From Campylobacterales bacterium (GTDB lineage Bacteria > Campylobacterota > Campylobacteria > Campylobacterales > QNZT01), in NCBI GenBank assembly GCA_027023405.1, contig JALVVN010000038.1:19333-83332 (forward strand): a DNA stretch of 64,000 nt, given 5' to 3'. Below are positions 37,980 through 49,208 of this stretch, piece by piece; positions within the stretch are counted from its first letter, which is position 1; each line of letters starts with the position of its first letter. The position numbers and the translations under genes are program-made. The notes under the pieces were generated by a model. The model was not told the origin of the DNA and did not search any database. It saw nothing but the letters and a program-made list of their open reading frames with translations.

Positions 37980-39773
37980 TTATGACGATTTGAGAGTTTG
38001 AGCCAACTTGGGACCTACCACCTCCGCTAATGCTTCAAACGAAGCGTTTTCAATATTCTCAAAACTCTCAAAATAGTTCAATAGCTTTCGTACAGTCGCG
38101 TGACCGACGCCCTTTTTAGCAAGAAGCGAAACGGCTTGATCCTCTTTTCGTTTCTGTTTTCGGTGAAACGAAATGGCAAAACGGTGAGATTCATCACGGA
38201 TGCGTTGTAGAAACTGTAACCGTTTATCTTCAGGTGAGAGTTTGAGACTCACCTCGTCAAAATAGATGATATCGTGCGCTTTACCTTTTGAGCGATTGGC
38301 TTTGAAATCCCGCTTCTCTTTGGCTATAGCAACAATATCGACATTTGCACCGCTTTCTTTAACAATCTTTTTGGCCAGTTTGAGAAGTGCCGCGCCACCG
38401 TCGATCACCATCAGATCCGGTGGAGACGCTTCATCAAATCGCGCTACGCGTCTAGTGAGCATCTCTCTCATCTGGGCATACTCATCTTTGGCTTGGAGTC
38501 GGTAGCGACGGTAACCACTTTTGTCAAAGCCGTTGTGCCATTTGATCATCGCACCGACGGTCGCCTCTCCTTGAAGGTGGGAGTTGTCATACCCTTCGAT
38601 AGTGTAGGGGAGTGTTTGGAGGTTGAGCATCTCTTTGAGTTCTTGGAGGAGTTGGGTGCTATCCTCTTTCTCTTTTTTGAGATATTCGAGGGCGTTGGTG
38701 TAGGCAAGTTTGACGACATTGCGTTTCTCACCCCGCTTGGGTACCGTAATGGTGATGCGCTTACCAAATCGATTGCTTAGCAGTTTTGCAACGGAGTCTC
38801 TTTCACGAAAATCCTCATAGAGGAGAATCTCTTTTGCCCCTAAGGCGCTTTTTTGGTAGTGATCCAACAAAATACGAAGGTAGAGTTCATCTTGGTCAAA
38901 ACCGGTATCAGATCGAAAGATAGAGTGGGCACTGGAGACGATGCGCCCCTCTCGGATAAAGATCTTTACCACACATGCTTGTGCTCCCTTGACAGCTACG
39001 GCAAAGAGATCATATTCGCTCAGATTTGCCAGATCAATAGCTGAGACAGATTGGGACTGTTTAATACGCTCAATGCGCTCTTTGATGCGTTGTGCCTCCT
39101 CAAAGAGGAGATCTTCGGCATAACGGTACATCTTTGCTTCAAGCTTTTTGAGGAGTTGAGGTTTTTTGTAGAGTAGTTGCATCGCTTTCTGAACGATCTT
39201 GGCGTACGCCTCTTGAGTGACTAACCCTTCACAAGGGGCTAAGCATCGTTTGATCTGATAGAAAAGACAGCGCTTCTTGCCTTTGAGGCAGCCTGCCTTT
39301 TGAACGAGAGGGAAGAGTTCATAGAGGGAGTCTAAGATATCTTTTGCACCGCTGGAGAAGGGACCGTAATATTTGATCTGCTTTCCCTCAACGACCTTTC
39401 GGGTGATCTCAAATCGTGGAAAAGGTTGACTGAGATCGATATAGATATAGGGGTAGGTTTTATCATCTCTGAGGAGGATATTGTATTTGGGACGGAGTTG
39501 TTTGATGAGTGCATTTTCCAAAATGAGCGCATCATGTTCGCTATCAACCACAAGGTACTCCAGTCGTACCGCTTCGCTGATCATTTTGGCAATGCGGGGA
39601 GAGAGGTTGTGTGCAGGAGTGAGCGTCGGTGTAAAAGAGAAGTAACTCTTTACCCGCTTTTTGAGCGATTTTGCCTTACCGATATAGAGCAGTCGATCGT
39701 TGGCGTCAAAGTAATGATAGACTCCCGGCTGATCGGGAAGATTGCGGATCGTCTCAAGTAGGCTTTGGGGCAT
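37980..39773 (-). CDS. uvrC: excinuclease ABC subunit C
   Basis: GIY-YIG (GVYHYFDANDRLLYIGKAKSLKKRV), UVR domain, RNase H-like endonuclease domain and C-terminal HhH. Confidence 0.95.
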   Translation of the reverse strand: MPQSLLETIRNLPDQPGVYHYFDANDRLLYIGKAKSLKKRVKSYFSFTPTLTPAHNLSPRIAKMISEAVRLEYLVVDSEHDALILENALIKQLRPKYNILLRDDKTYPYIYIDLSQPFPRFEITRKVVEGKQIKYYGPFSSGAKDILDSLYELFPLVQKAGCLKGKKRCLFYQIKRCLAPCEGLVTQEAYAKIVQKAMQLLYKKPQLLKKLEAKMYRYAEDLLFEEAQRIKERIERIKQSQSVSAIDLANLSEYDLFAVAVKGAQACVVKIFIREGRIVSSAHSIFRSDTGFDQDELYLRILLDHYQKSALGAKEILLYEDFRERDSVAKLLSNRFGKRITITVPKRGEKRNVVKLAYTNALEYLKKEKEDSTQLLQELKEMLNLQTLPYTIEGYDNSHLQGEATVGAMIKWHNGFDKSGYRRYRLQAKDEYAQMREMLTRRVARFDEASPPDLMVIDGGAALLKLAKKIVKESGANVDIVAIAKEKRDFKANRSKGKAHDIIYFDEVSLKLSPEDKRLQFLQRIRDESHRFAISFHRKQKRKEDQAVSLLAKKGVGHATVRKLLNYFESFENIENASFEALAEVVGPKLAQTLKSS

Positions 39774-40203
39774 TTTCTATCTCACTTTTGATCGCTTCAA
39801 AGAGCGCTTTGAGTTTGGGATTTTGGGTGGCTATCTGAAAGTTGCCCTGCGATCGCTCCTTGTAGCGATAGCGGGGTTTTGGCGGTGGAGGTGATTCGGG
39901 GGCTTTGTTGGTGACAAAGGATTTGATTGTATCTATTTCAATATCACTGCAATTTTCATCAAACTCTTTAATTTTGGTTAATAAGCTTTTTATTAAATTA
40001 TGCTTATAATCTAGCTCCATTTTTAATCCGGGGTGAGAGAGGACAAAAAAGAGTGTCCGATCTTTGCGATAGATAAATGCGATACCCTTTTGGATATGTA
40101 ACGGAAGCGCCTTTTTGATTTTATCAAAACATTGGAGCGCAACTAATTTTGAATGAGTAGGTTGGTGATAGAGATGATCAAGAATCGATTTGGCACTTTT
40201 CAT
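39754..40203 (-). CDS. DUF721-like protein (DciA-family candidate)
   Basis: SILDHL...LVALQCFDKIKKALPLHIQKGIAFIYRKDRTLFFVLSHPGLKMELDYKHNLIKSLL matches the DUF721 pattern by eye. Start set at ATG 40203 because of the promoter geometry. Overlaps uvrC by 20 nt. Confidence 0.45.
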   Translation of the reverse strand: MKSAKSILDHLYHQPTHSKLVALQCFDKIKKALPLHIQKGIAFIYRKDRTLFFVLSHPGLKMELDYKHNLIKSLLTKIKEFDENCSDIEIDTIKSFVTNKAPESPPPPKPRYRYKERSQGNFQIATQNPKLKALFEAIKSEIENAPKPT

Positions 40204-40209
40204 AGTGTG

Positions 40210-40218
40210 ATTATAGCA
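40210..40218 (-). promoter_or_regulatory. extended -10 box TGCTATAAT, 6 nt upstream of ATG 40203
   Basis: The minus strand reads TGCTATAAT-CACACT-ATG. No Shine-Dalgarno sequence. Confidence 0.45.
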
Positions 40219-40304
40219 ACACTTTTGTTGATTTTGGTAGGGTGTGGATTTAAAACCGATCCAACCTATGTTCCTCTTCATAATAGTATGACAAAGAGTG
40301 CAAA

Positions 40305-41771
40305 ATGAATCAGCGACGCGTGTATGATGCGATCATTATCGGATCGGGGATTGCTGGGCTCAATGCGGCACATGCGTTTGACAAGAACAAAGATGTCTTG
40401 ATCATCTGTAAAGAGAATTCATGGGATTGCAACACATTCTATGCACAGGGAGGTGTAGCGGTTGCGGTCGATGAGAAGGATATCCCCTCACATATTGCCG
40501 ATACGCTGAGTGCCGGTGCCGGACTCTGTGATGAGAAGGCGGTTGAGATCTTGTGTCGAGAGGGGCGTGATGAGGTGGCTGATCTGATTGCACGAGGGAT
40601 GGAGTTTGACAAAGATGAGAAGGGAGAGATTCTCTATACCAAAGAGGCAGCGCACTCACGAAACCGTATTATTCATGCGGGTGGAGATGCGACCGGACGG
40701 GAGATACACCATTTTTTGATGCGGGAGAATCCACATCAGTTGCTCTACCACTCCACGGTGATCGATCTCTTGATTGACGGTGCGTTCTGTCACGGTGTGC
40801 GCATCTACAATGAGATTGACAAACAGTGTCGCAATTACTATGCCAAAAGTGTCATCATTGCCAGTGGCGGGATTGGGGCACTTTATGCGTACCATACCAA
40901 CTCTAAAACAATTTCGGCGGAGATGCAGGGCATTGCACTTGAACATGGGATTGCGCTTCGTGATATGGAGATGACCCAATTTCATCCGACGGTTTTTATT
41001 CACAACAAAGGTGCCAGAAAACAGCTCTTGACTGAAGCACTGCGCGGAGAGGGTGCGACGATCGTCGATGAGAACGGCTATCGTTTCCTCTTTGACTATG
41101 ATGAACGGGGAGAACTCAGTCCTCGGAGTGTCGTGAGTAAGGCGATCTTTGATTACAAAGCCAAAACCGGTCAAAAAGTTTACCTCGATTTTCAAAACTT
41201 TGATGATGCTTTTTTCAAAGAGCGCTTTCCTACTATCTATTTCAATATGAAAGATGTAGGTTATAACCTCCCGCACGATCGTGTACCGATTTCACCGGCG
41301 TTTCACTATATGATGGGCGGCATCAAAACCGATCTCAACGGAAAGATTCCCGGATTTGAGAATCTCTATGCAATCGGTGAAGTAGCTTCAACGCGTGTGC
41401 ACGGAGCGAATCGACTCGCTTCAAATTCGCTTTTAGAGGGATTGGTCTTTTCCAAACGCGCGGTGCGGGATATCTTGGAGAGAGGGGTCTATTTTAAACT
41501 GAAAACCTTTGAAGAGAAGTGTGATGACTTAATTAAAGAGGGAGACCATCAACGAAAAGATCTATTACGAGAAATTATGTGGAATGATGTCTCAATCGTA
41601 CGAACCCAAGAGGGATTAGCGGAGGCATTGGGTAAAATCGAAACACATTTGAGAGAGAATATCGGTAAATTGTTACGATTACGCCTTTTGGTATCAAAAG
41701 AGATAGTCAAAAGTGCGATGTTACGAAAAGAGTCATTAGGTGCGCATACGATCACAAGTAGCGATAGTTGA
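40305..41771 (+). CDS. nadB: L-aspartate oxidase
   Basis: FAD motif YDAIIIGSGIAGL. Fumarate-reductase/succinate-dehydrogenase flavoprotein fold with RLASNSLLEGLVF. 488 aa. Confidence 0.9.
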   Translation: MNQRRVYDAIIIGSGIAGLNAAHAFDKNKDVLIICKENSWDCNTFYAQGGVAVAVDEKDIPSHIADTLSAGAGLCDEKAVEILCREGRDEVADLIARGMEFDKDEKGEILYTKEAAHSRNRIIHAGGDATGREIHHFLMRENPHQLLYHSTVIDLLIDGAFCHGVRIYNEIDKQCRNYYAKSVIIASGGIGALYAYHTNSKTISAEMQGIALEHGIALRDMEMTQFHPTVFIHNKGARKQLLTEALRGEGATIVDENGYRFLFDYDERGELSPRSVVSKAIFDYKAKTGQKVYLDFQNFDDAFFKERFPTIYFNMKDVGYNLPHDRVPISPAFHYMMGGIKTDLNGKIPGFENLYAIGEVASTRVHGANRLASNSLLEGLVFSKRAVRDILERGVYFKLKTFEEKCDDLIKEGDHQRKDLLREIMWNDVSIVRTQEGLAEALGKIETHLRENIGKLLRLRLLVSKEIVKSAMLRKESLGAHTITSSDS

Positions 41772-41803
41772 TAGTGTTCTAAGAATATAAAAAGGAAGAT
41801 AGA

Positions 41804-43177
41804 ATGTTGAAAATTATTTCATTTTTGATGCTCTTTGGAGGGAGCCTCTTTGCCAATGAAGCAGAGAGTGCAACTTCACATATGAGCTTGACGGGTACAT
41901 GGGTAGGGTTGCTCTCTTTAGCAATATTTGTGGTTGGTTACTATTTCATTGCGACAGAAGAGAAGTGGCACATTAACAAAGCCAAACCGGCACTCTTTAT
42001 CGGTACTTTTCTCTTTATGCTTATCGGTTTTTACTTTTCGATTAACCATCTCGATCCGACACCGCTTCATGATGAGATAGGGCACTTAATTTTAGAAATC
42101 GCAGAGATCTTCTTCTTCTTATTTGTAGCGATGACCTATATTGAGACGCTGATTGAACGAAATGTGTTTGAAGTGATGAAGTATAATCTAATCTCAAAGG
42201 GAGCAGATTATAAAAAGATCTTTTGGATGACGGGGCTTTTGGCATTTTTTATCTCTCCTGTTGCCGATAATATGACCACAGCACTCATCCTTTCAACGGT
42301 ACTCTTTACGATTGATAAAGAGAAGAAGGAGTTTTTGGTACCGGGAGCGATCAACATCGTCGTTGCGGCAAATGCCGGCGGTGCATGGAGTCCATTCGGT
42401 GATATTACGACACTGATGGCATGGACGGCCAAAAAGGGTGAGTTTATTGATTTTCTCTATCTCTTTGCTCCCGCTTTTTTAGGCTGGTTTTTGACAGCTT
42501 ATCTTTTGAGTCGATATATTCCTAAAGGCAAACCCCATTTTGATGCTGCTACAATGCCTAAACCTGAAATGAAGAGTGGTGGGAAAGTGGTGATTTGGTT
42601 AGGTGTAGCAACTATCGCGTTTGCTGTTTTGGGGCATCAACTCTTTCATATTCCCGCCATGTGGGGTATGATGTTCGGTCTTTCGCTTTTGAAACTTTAC
42701 GCCTATAAGATCAAGCAAAATCCCAATGCGACTACCTTTGATGTCTATGCGAGTATGCGCCATGTAGAAAATGATACACTGCTCTTTTTCTTCGGTATCT
42801 TAGCAGCAGTGGGTGCGCTCCATTTCTTGGGATATTTGGAGTATATTGTTAAGCTCTATGAGATTATCGGTAATACGGCAGGAAATGTTGTGGTTGGTTT
42901 TCTCTCTGCGATCGTAGACAATGTACCGGTTATGAGTGCTATCTTGAAAGCAGATCCTCAGATGGGTATTGATCAGTGGCTCTTGGTGACAATGACTGCC
43001 GGTATCGGAGGAAGTTTGATCAGCTTCGGATCGGCTGCTGGTGTCGGAGTAATGGGTCGAATGAAGGGTGTCTATACTTTCGCTTCTCACATGCAGTATG
43101 CATGGACCATCTTAGCCGGATATATACTTTCGCTTGTTGTTTGGTATGTGCAGTTTGAGATAATGCATCTCTACTAA
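41804..43177 (+). CDS. nhaD: NhaD/ArsB-superfamily Na+/H+ antiporter-like permease
   Basis: About 12 TM and 457 aa. General resemblance to NhaD (SPVADNMTTALI, AIVDNVPVM). Confidence 0.6.
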   Translation: MLKIISFLMLFGGSLFANEAESATSHMSLTGTWVGLLSLAIFVVGYYFIATEEKWHINKAKPALFIGTFLFMLIGFYFSINHLDPTPLHDEIGHLILEIAEIFFFLFVAMTYIETLIERNVFEVMKYNLISKGADYKKIFWMTGLLAFFISPVADNMTTALILSTVLFTIDKEKKEFLVPGAINIVVAANAGGAWSPFGDITTLMAWTAKKGEFIDFLYLFAPAFLGWFLTAYLLSRYIPKGKPHFDAATMPKPEMKSGGKVVIWLGVATIAFAVLGHQLFHIPAMWGMMFGLSLLKLYAYKIKQNPNATTFDVYASMRHVENDTLLFFFGILAAVGALHFLGYLEYIVKLYEIIGNTAGNVVVGFLSAIVDNVPVMSAILKADPQMGIDQWLLVTMTAGIGGSLISFGSAAGVGVMGRMKGVYTFASHMQYAWTILAGYILSLVVWYVQFEIMHLY

Positions 43178-43198
43178 AAATAAATCCTTCTTTTTTAG

Positions 43199-43230
43199 CC
43201 AAAAGTTGCATCTTTTTATGTAACTTTTGG
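43199..43230 (+). terminator. 13-bp hairpin downstream of nhaD (possible terminator, no U-tract)
   Basis: CCAAAAGTTGCAT-CTTTTT-ATGTAACTTTTGG with one G.U pair. AT-rich. Confidence 0.3.
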
Positions 43231-43332
43231 TAACGCTATCTCTCGTTTCAATGTCACATATCGTAACACTTAACTTTACTTACAACTTTCTTAGGATACA
43301 ATACTAAAAAAATTTTATTTAGGAGTATTTTA

Positions 43333-45903
43333 ATGAGCTTAATTGAAGCATATCAAGCCCATACCAAAGAGAGAGAGGCACTCGGTGTACCGCCGTTACC
43401 TCTGAATGCTGAGCAAGTCGCAGAGTTGGTTGAGTTACTCAAACAAGATCCCATTCCTGAAGAGGCATATCTTCTTGATTTATTGAAAAATAGAGTACCC
43501 GGTGGTGTAGATGATGCTGCGTATGTAAAAGCGGCGTTTTTAAATGCTATCGTCACAGGTGACGCCCACTGTAAAGCATTAACCAGAGTAGATGCAATCA
43601 AGATTTTGGGAAATATGCTTGGTGGATACAATGTCGGTCCGCTTGTCGAAGCGCTCAAGAGTGCGCATGTAGAGGTGGCACAAGCCGCCGCGGATGAGCT
43701 CAAAAATACCATTTTGGTCTATGATGCTTTCAATGATGTGAAAGATTTGATGGATGAGGGTAATAGCTACGCTAAAGAGGTAATCACCTCTTGGGCGAAT
43801 GCAGAGTGGTTCAAAAACAAAGAGGAGCTTCCTAAAGAGATTACGCTCACCGTCTTTAAGGTACCGGGAGAGACCAATACCGATGATCTCAGTCCCGCAA
43901 GTGAAGCCTTTACGAGAGCAGATATTCCGTTACATGCAAACTCGATGCTTCAGGCAAAGATGGATGATCCGCTAGGAACCATCGCAAAGCTCAAAGAGAA
44001 GGGGCATCCGCTCGCCTATGTCGGTGATGTCGTCGGTACAGGGAGTAGCCGAAAGTCAGGGATCAACTCTGTGCAGTGGCATATCGGTCATGATATTCCC
44101 GGTATTCCCAATAAACGAACCGGCGGTGTGGTGATTGGCTCTATCATTGCACCAATCTTCTTCAATACGGCGGAAGATAGTGGATGTTTGCCGATCCAAG
44201 CGCCGGTAGATTCACTTGAAATGGGTGATGTTATTACTGTGAAGCCTTATGATGGTGTTATTGAGAAGGATGGCAAGGTGGTGAGTGAATTTAAACTCGA
44301 ACCCAATACTCTTCCTGACGAGATGCGTGCAGGCGGACGGATTCCACTTATTATCGGAAAAGGATTGACGGCAAAAGCGAGAGAGGCGCTGGGTCTTGAT
44401 AGTGGAGATATCTTCTTAACGCCTGATCAACCCAATGATGACGGCAAAGGCTATACCCTTGCACAAAAGATGGTCGGTAAAGCATGCGGTATGGAGGGGG
44501 TTAAACCGGGTACTTACTGTGAGCCGATCGCGACAACTGTCGGTAGCCAAGATACCACCGGTCCAATGACAAGAGATGAGATCAAGGAGCTTGCGGCACT
44601 CAGTTTCGGTGCCGATTTCGTGCTTCAATCTTTTTGTCATACCGCGGCCTATCCAAAGCCTGCGGATATCGAACTTCAGCATACATTGCCAAAGTTTTGG
44701 ACGGAGCGAAAAGGGTTTATCTTACGACCGGGTGACGGTGTAATCCACTCATGGCTCAATCGTATGTGTCTGCCCGATACCGTCGGTACGGGTGGCGATA
44801 GCCATACACGATTTCCTATCGGTATCTCATTCCCTGCGGGAAGTGGATTGGTAGCTTTTGCGGCGGTAACCGGTATGATGCCTTTAACGATGCCTGAATC
44901 GGTCTTAGTGAAGTTCAAAGGTGAGATGCAACCGGGTATTACACTCCGTGATCTAGTCAATGCGATTCCTTATCAAGCGATCAAGGATGGATTGCTCACG
45001 GTTGAGAAGAAAGGGAAGAAAAATGTCTTTGCCGGACGCATTTTGGAGATCGAAGGATTGGAGGATCTTAAGTGTGAGCAAGCTTTTGAGTTGAGTGATG
45101 CGAGTGCGGAGAGAAGTGCGGCCGCATGTACGGTTAAGTTGAACAAAGAGCCTATCATTGAGTATCTTGAGTCAAATATTGTCTTGATCGAGGAGCTGAT
45201 TAAGCAGGGGTACGAAGATAAAAATACCCTCCAAAGAAGAGCGGACAAGATGAGAGAGTGGATCAAAAATCCCGTTCTATTGGAGAGAGACGAAGATGCA
45301 AGTTATGCGGCGGTGATTGAGATTGATCTCAATGAAATCAAAGAGCCGATCTTGGCATGTCCGAATGATCCGGATGATGTCAAAACGCTGAGTGAAATTC
45401 ATGCAAGTGGATTGAGAACCGATATCGATGAAGTCTTTGTTGGTAGCTGTATGACCAATATCGGTCTCTTTAGAGCGCTTGGAGAGGTACTCAAAGGAGA
45501 GGGACAGGTACCGACAAAATTGTGGGTCTGTCCTCCGACTAAAATGGATGAAAAGACACTCCAAGAGGAGGGCTATTACGCTATCTTTGGACAAGCAGGC
45601 GCAAGAACAGAGTTACCGGGATGCTCACTCTGTATGGGGAACCAAGCACGCGTAGCTGAGGGGGCTTGGGTCTTTAGTACCAGTACCCGAAACTTTGATA
45701 ACCGACTCGGTAAAGATTCCAAAGTCTATCTCGGGTCGGCCGAGCTAGCAGCGGTAGTCGCACTCAAAGGTAAAATTCCGACGATTGAAGAGTATTTGGA
45801 GTTGGTACCTCAAAAGATTAAACCTGAGCAGTATGATGATGTCTATCGCTACTTAAACTTCAGTCAAGTAGATGAAGAGATGCTTGAGGCAATGATCAAG
45901 TAG
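43333..45903 (+). CDS. acnB: aconitate hydratase B
   Basis: 856 aa. AcnB-specific N-terminal HEAT-like and swivel domains precede the catalytic domains. AGGAG Shine-Dalgarno. Confidence 0.95.
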   Translation: MSLIEAYQAHTKEREALGVPPLPLNAEQVAELVELLKQDPIPEEAYLLDLLKNRVPGGVDDAAYVKAAFLNAIVTGDAHCKALTRVDAIKILGNMLGGYNVGPLVEALKSAHVEVAQAAADELKNTILVYDAFNDVKDLMDEGNSYAKEVITSWANAEWFKNKEELPKEITLTVFKVPGETNTDDLSPASEAFTRADIPLHANSMLQAKMDDPLGTIAKLKEKGHPLAYVGDVVGTGSSRKSGINSVQWHIGHDIPGIPNKRTGGVVIGSIIAPIFFNTAEDSGCLPIQAPVDSLEMGDVITVKPYDGVIEKDGKVVSEFKLEPNTLPDEMRAGGRIPLIIGKGLTAKAREALGLDSGDIFLTPDQPNDDGKGYTLAQKMVGKACGMEGVKPGTYCEPIATTVGSQDTTGPMTRDEIKELAALSFGADFVLQSFCHTAAYPKPADIELQHTLPKFWTERKGFILRPGDGVIHSWLNRMCLPDTVGTGGDSHTRFPIGISFPAGSGLVAFAAVTGMMPLTMPESVLVKFKGEMQPGITLRDLVNAIPYQAIKDGLLTVEKKGKKNVFAGRILEIEGLEDLKCEQAFELSDASAERSAAACTVKLNKEPIIEYLESNIVLIEELIKQGYEDKNTLQRRADKMREWIKNPVLLERDEDASYAAVIEIDLNEIKEPILACPNDPDDVKTLSEIHASGLRTDIDEVFVGSCMTNIGLFRALGEVLKGEGQVPTKLWVCPPTKMDEKTLQEEGYYAIFGQAGARTELPGCSLCMGNQARVAEGAWVFSTSTRNFDNRLGKDSKVYLGSAELAAVVALKGKIPTIEEYLELVPQKIKPEQYDDVYRYLNFSQVDEEMLEAMIK

Positions 45904-45913
45904 CACGCTTCTT

Positions 45914-46867
45914 GTGAAAAAAACGCTTTATACACTCCTACTTCTGCTTTTAGCAGGGGTAGGGGGGCTCTTTTTCTATACCTATCACTATCTTCATACT
46001 CCAGTCACACTTCCTAAAACCATACATATTCCCAAAGGTTCGACACAGCATTTGATCGCGTTTCTTCGTGAGCAGGGAATCGATTTACATTTTGCTGATA
46101 GGTTTTTGATTCGGCGTTACGGAATGCCACAAGCGGGCTGGATAGCCTTTTCGAAAAAGCGGATGAATCGTGCACAATTTTATCATGAATTGACACACGC
46201 CAAAGCAGTGTTACAAAAAGTAACACTTATACCAGGTGAGACCACTGAAATTTTATTACAAAAACTGGCTGAATCTTTTGATTACAACCTCACCAAACTT
46301 CAACAATCCTATCGCAATTATGCACCCTATCAAGAGGGGGTACTGTTGGCAGATAGCTATCAAGTGCCCAAGGGAATTGATGAAGAGGTGTTGATGCACT
46401 ATCTCATCCACACTTCACTCAAAAGGCATCGACAACTTGCTGAAAAATATCTAGGAAAATATGATCAAAAGGAGTGGTTCACGCGTGTTATTACTACCGC
46501 TTCAGTGATACAAAAAGAGTCTGCGAATATTGATGAGATGCCTATTGTATCGGCAGTAATCCGTAATCGGTTGAAAAAAAAGATGGCGCTACAAATGGAT
46601 GGCACGCTCAATTACGGACACTACTCCCATCTCAAAGTGACACCAAAACGCATTCGTGAAGATAATACGACCTATAACACCTATCGACATAAGGGATTAC
46701 CCAAATTTCCTGTCTCTATTGTGGATGAGAATGCGATTAGAAGTGCGTTGAAACCGAGTGATGATAGCTATCTCTATTTTGTGCTTGGTCGTGACGGCAA
46801 ACACTGTTTTAGTGTCAGTTATAAAGAGCATCGACGAAACATCCAAAAAAAGTGTGTAAAAAAGTAA
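45914..46867 (+). CDS. mltG: endolytic murein transglycosylase MltG (YceG-like)
   Basis: N-terminal TM. ASVIQKESANIDEMPIVSAVIRNRL...LQMDGTLNYG catalytic region. GTG start. Confidence 0.85.
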   Translation: MKKTLYTLLLLLLAGVGGLFFYTYHYLHTPVTLPKTIHIPKGSTQHLIAFLREQGIDLHFADRFLIRRYGMPQAGWIAFSKKRMNRAQFYHELTHAKAVLQKVTLIPGETTEILLQKLAESFDYNLTKLQQSYRNYAPYQEGVLLADSYQVPKGIDEEVLMHYLIHTSLKRHRQLAEKYLGKYDQKEWFTRVITTASVIQKESANIDEMPIVSAVIRNRLKKKMALQMDGTLNYGHYSHLKVTPKRIREDNTTYNTYRHKGLPKFPVSIVDENAIRSALKPSDDSYLYFVLGRDGKHCFSVSYKEHRRNIQKKCVKK

Positions 46868-46938
46868 CACTTTATCCCTACTTCTATCAGTATAATTTAT
46901 AGAAACGAGAATATTAAAGTTTCGTTAAATTAATATAT

Positions 46939-46947
46939 TGGTATAAT
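46939..46947 (+). promoter_or_regulatory. extended -10 box TGGTATAAT upstream of icd
   Basis: TGnTATAAT lies about 50 nt upstream of ATG 46997. A second TATAAT is at 46891-46896. Confidence 0.45.
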
Positions 46948-46956
46948 ATCAATTCG

Positions 46957-46984
46957 AAAACTCAAATTTAAAAACTCAAATTTA
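46957..46984 (+). repeat. perfect tandem duplication of the 14-mer AAAACTCAAATTTA in the icd 5' leader
   Basis: 46957-46970 is identical to 46971-46984. The second copy runs into the AAGGA Shine-Dalgarno. Confidence 0.9.
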
Positions 46985-46996
46985 AGGAACTTCACG

Positions 46997-49195
46997 ATGT
47001 CACAGACTATTATATGGACAAAGATTGACGAAGCACCGGCACTGGCAACTTACTCGCTTTTGCCGATTGTTCAAAAATTTACTAAGGCAGCAGGTATTGA
47101 TGTAGAGGAGAGAGATATCTCCTTGTCAGGGCGTGTTATAGCGACATTTGCCGATAGACTTAAGCCGGATCAAAAGATTGAAGATGAATTAGCCTATTTG
47201 GGTAAAGTGGTGAAAGAGCCTGAAGGTAATATCATTAAGTTGCCTAATATTTCAGCCTCTATCCCTCAGCTTAAAGAGTGTATTGCTGAGCTTCAGGAAA
47301 AAGGGTATGATGTACCGAATTTCCCGGAAGACCCGCAAACTGAAGAGGAGAAAGCGATTCGTGAAAAGTATGCGACTTGTCTAGGTAGTGCTGTCAACCC
47401 TGTACTTCGTGAGGGAAATTCAGATCGACGGGCTGCGCCGGCAGTGAAAAAATTTGCACAAAAACACCCTCATAGACTTAAGCCGTTTGATGAAAATTGT
47501 CAAGCCTATGTTGCTTACATGGAAGAGGGTGATTTTTATGAAAATGAGCAATCAATTGTTGCGGACAAAGCTGATAACTATACGATCGAGATAGAGGGTG
47601 AAGTGATAAAAACAATTGATAATGTAGAGCCAAATGAACTTATCTCTGCAAGCTTTTTATCTGCATCATCACATAGAAAATTTTTAGCACAAACCATTAA
47701 AGATGCTGAGGCGAAAGGACTTCTTTGGTCAATTCACCTTAAAGCGACAATGATGAAAGTATCCGATCCGATCATGTTCGGTCATGCAGTGAGTGTCTTC
47801 TTTGCGGATATTTTTGAAAAGTATGCCGATGAGTTTGAAAAATTGGGTGTCAATCCCGATCTAGGTCTCGGTGATCTCTTGAAAAAACTCGAAAAGAGTG
47901 ATAAAAAAGAGGAGATTGAGGCTGCGATCAAGGAGAAGATTTTAAGTGGCGCGCCAAATATTGCGATGGTTGACAGTGATAATCTCATTACCAATCTTCA
48001 CTTCTCCAATGATATTATTATCGATGCTTCAATGCCACCGGTCATTCGTGAGGGTGGAAAGATGTGGAATAAAGAGGGTGAGCTACAAGAGTGTGTTGCT
48101 GTAATTCCTGATCGAAGTTATGCTTTAATGTATGATGAGATTGTAGAGGATTGTAAACGCAACGGACAGTTTGATGTCACAACAATGGGACATGTCAGTA
48201 ATGTCGGTCTGATGGCGAAAAAGGCGGAGGAGTACGGTTCTCACCCCTATACTTTCCGTGTTCCAAAAGATGGAAAAGTAGAGATTAAAAACGGTGCCGG
48301 TGAGACGCTGATGTCATTTGATACGCATGAAGGGGATATTTTTAGAGCCTATCGCGCGAAAGATGATGCGATTAGAGATTGGGTGCGACTGGCGGTTGAG
48401 AGAGCGAGACTCACCGGTGATCCTGCGATATTTTGGCTTGATAGCAAGCGCGCGCATGATGCAAAAATGATCGAAATTGTGCAAAAATATCTTAAGGATT
48501 ACGATACCGACGGTTTGACGATCGAGATCATGGCACCGAGAGAGGCGATGGCATATACCCTCAAACGCGTAAGAGAGGGGAAAAATACTATTTCAGTGAC
48601 TGGAAATGTATTGCGTGACTATTTGACTGATCTCTTCCCAATCTTAGAGCTTGGTACCAGTGCCAAAATGATGAGTATCGTACCGTTATTAGCCGGTGGA
48701 GGACTCTTTGAGACAGGTGCCGGCGGTAGTGCACCCAAGCATGTTGAGCAATTTTTGAAAGAGGGTCACTTGCGATGGGATAGTTTGGGTGAGTTCTTGG
48801 CATTGGCGGAGAGCCTTCGCTATATCAATCAAAAGCATCCATCTGCGGAATTGACTGCAATGGTCGAGGCACTCGATAAAGCCAATGAGGCCTATCTTGA
48901 CAATAACAATGCCCCTTCACGAAAAGTGGGTGAGCCGGATAATAAAGCGAGCCATTTCTATTTAGCGAAATATTGGGCAGAGGCGCTTGCGAATAGTGAC
49001 AATGCAGCCTTGGCAGAAAAGTTTGCGCCGGTTGCAAAGGCGCTTGAAGAGAATGAAGCAAAAATTCTTGAAGAGTTGCTTAGTGTTGAAGGCAAACCTG
49101 CTGATATTGGTGGCTATTACAAACCGGATGATGCAAAAGCCTTTCAAGCAATGAGACCGAGTCCTACGCTAAACGCTATTATTGATTCGATCTAA
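46997..49195 (+). CDS. icd: monomeric NADP-dependent isocitrate dehydrogenase
   Basis: 732 aa, the monomeric-IDH size class, collinear throughout. Confidence 0.93.
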   Translation: MSQTIIWTKIDEAPALATYSLLPIVQKFTKAAGIDVEERDISLSGRVIATFADRLKPDQKIEDELAYLGKVVKEPEGNIIKLPNISASIPQLKECIAELQEKGYDVPNFPEDPQTEEEKAIREKYATCLGSAVNPVLREGNSDRRAAPAVKKFAQKHPHRLKPFDENCQAYVAYMEEGDFYENEQSIVADKADNYTIEIEGEVIKTIDNVEPNELISASFLSASSHRKFLAQTIKDAEAKGLLWSIHLKATMMKVSDPIMFGHAVSVFFADIFEKYADEFEKLGVNPDLGLGDLLKKLEKSDKKEEIEAAIKEKILSGAPNIAMVDSDNLITNLHFSNDIIIDASMPPVIREGGKMWNKEGELQECVAVIPDRSYALMYDEIVEDCKRNGQFDVTTMGHVSNVGLMAKKAEEYGSHPYTFRVPKDGKVEIKNGAGETLMSFDTHEGDIFRAYRAKDDAIRDWVRLAVERARLTGDPAIFWLDSKRAHDAKMIEIVQKYLKDYDTDGLTIEIMAPREAMAYTLKRVREGKNTISVTGNVLRDYLTDLFPILELGTSAKMMSIVPLLAGGGLFETGAGGSAPKHVEQFLKEGHLRWDSLGEFLALAESLRYINQKHPSAELTAMVEALDKANEAYLDNNNAPSRKVGEPDNKASHFYLAKYWAEALANSDNAALAEKFAPVAKALEENEAKILEELLSVEGKPADIGGYYKPDDAKAFQAMRPSPTLNAIIDSI

Positions 49196-49208
49196 ATAAA
49201 GGAAGAGA

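Noticed and set aside
40656-41276. Long antisense or alternate-frame ORFs inside well-supported genes. Examples: 206 aa antisense to nadB; 15574-16122 antisense to secD; 52090-52608 antisense to sucC; 30843-31355 in an alternate frame of the same strand within the Sel1 gene; 13185-13598 in an alternate frame of the same strand within lnt.
   Set aside because: These are shadow ORFs. Their translations are low-complexity or Arg/His/Ser-rich. They lack ribosome-binding sites and are fully contained in genes with strong homology signatures.
43199-43230. The hairpin after nhaD, considered as a regulatory element for acnB (for example an aconitase/iron-responsive or attenuator structure)
   Set aside because: It lies about 100 nt upstream of the acnB start and probably upstream of its promoter. 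It has no U-tract and no alternative pairing partner that I could find. I kept it only as a low-confidence terminator-like hairpin.
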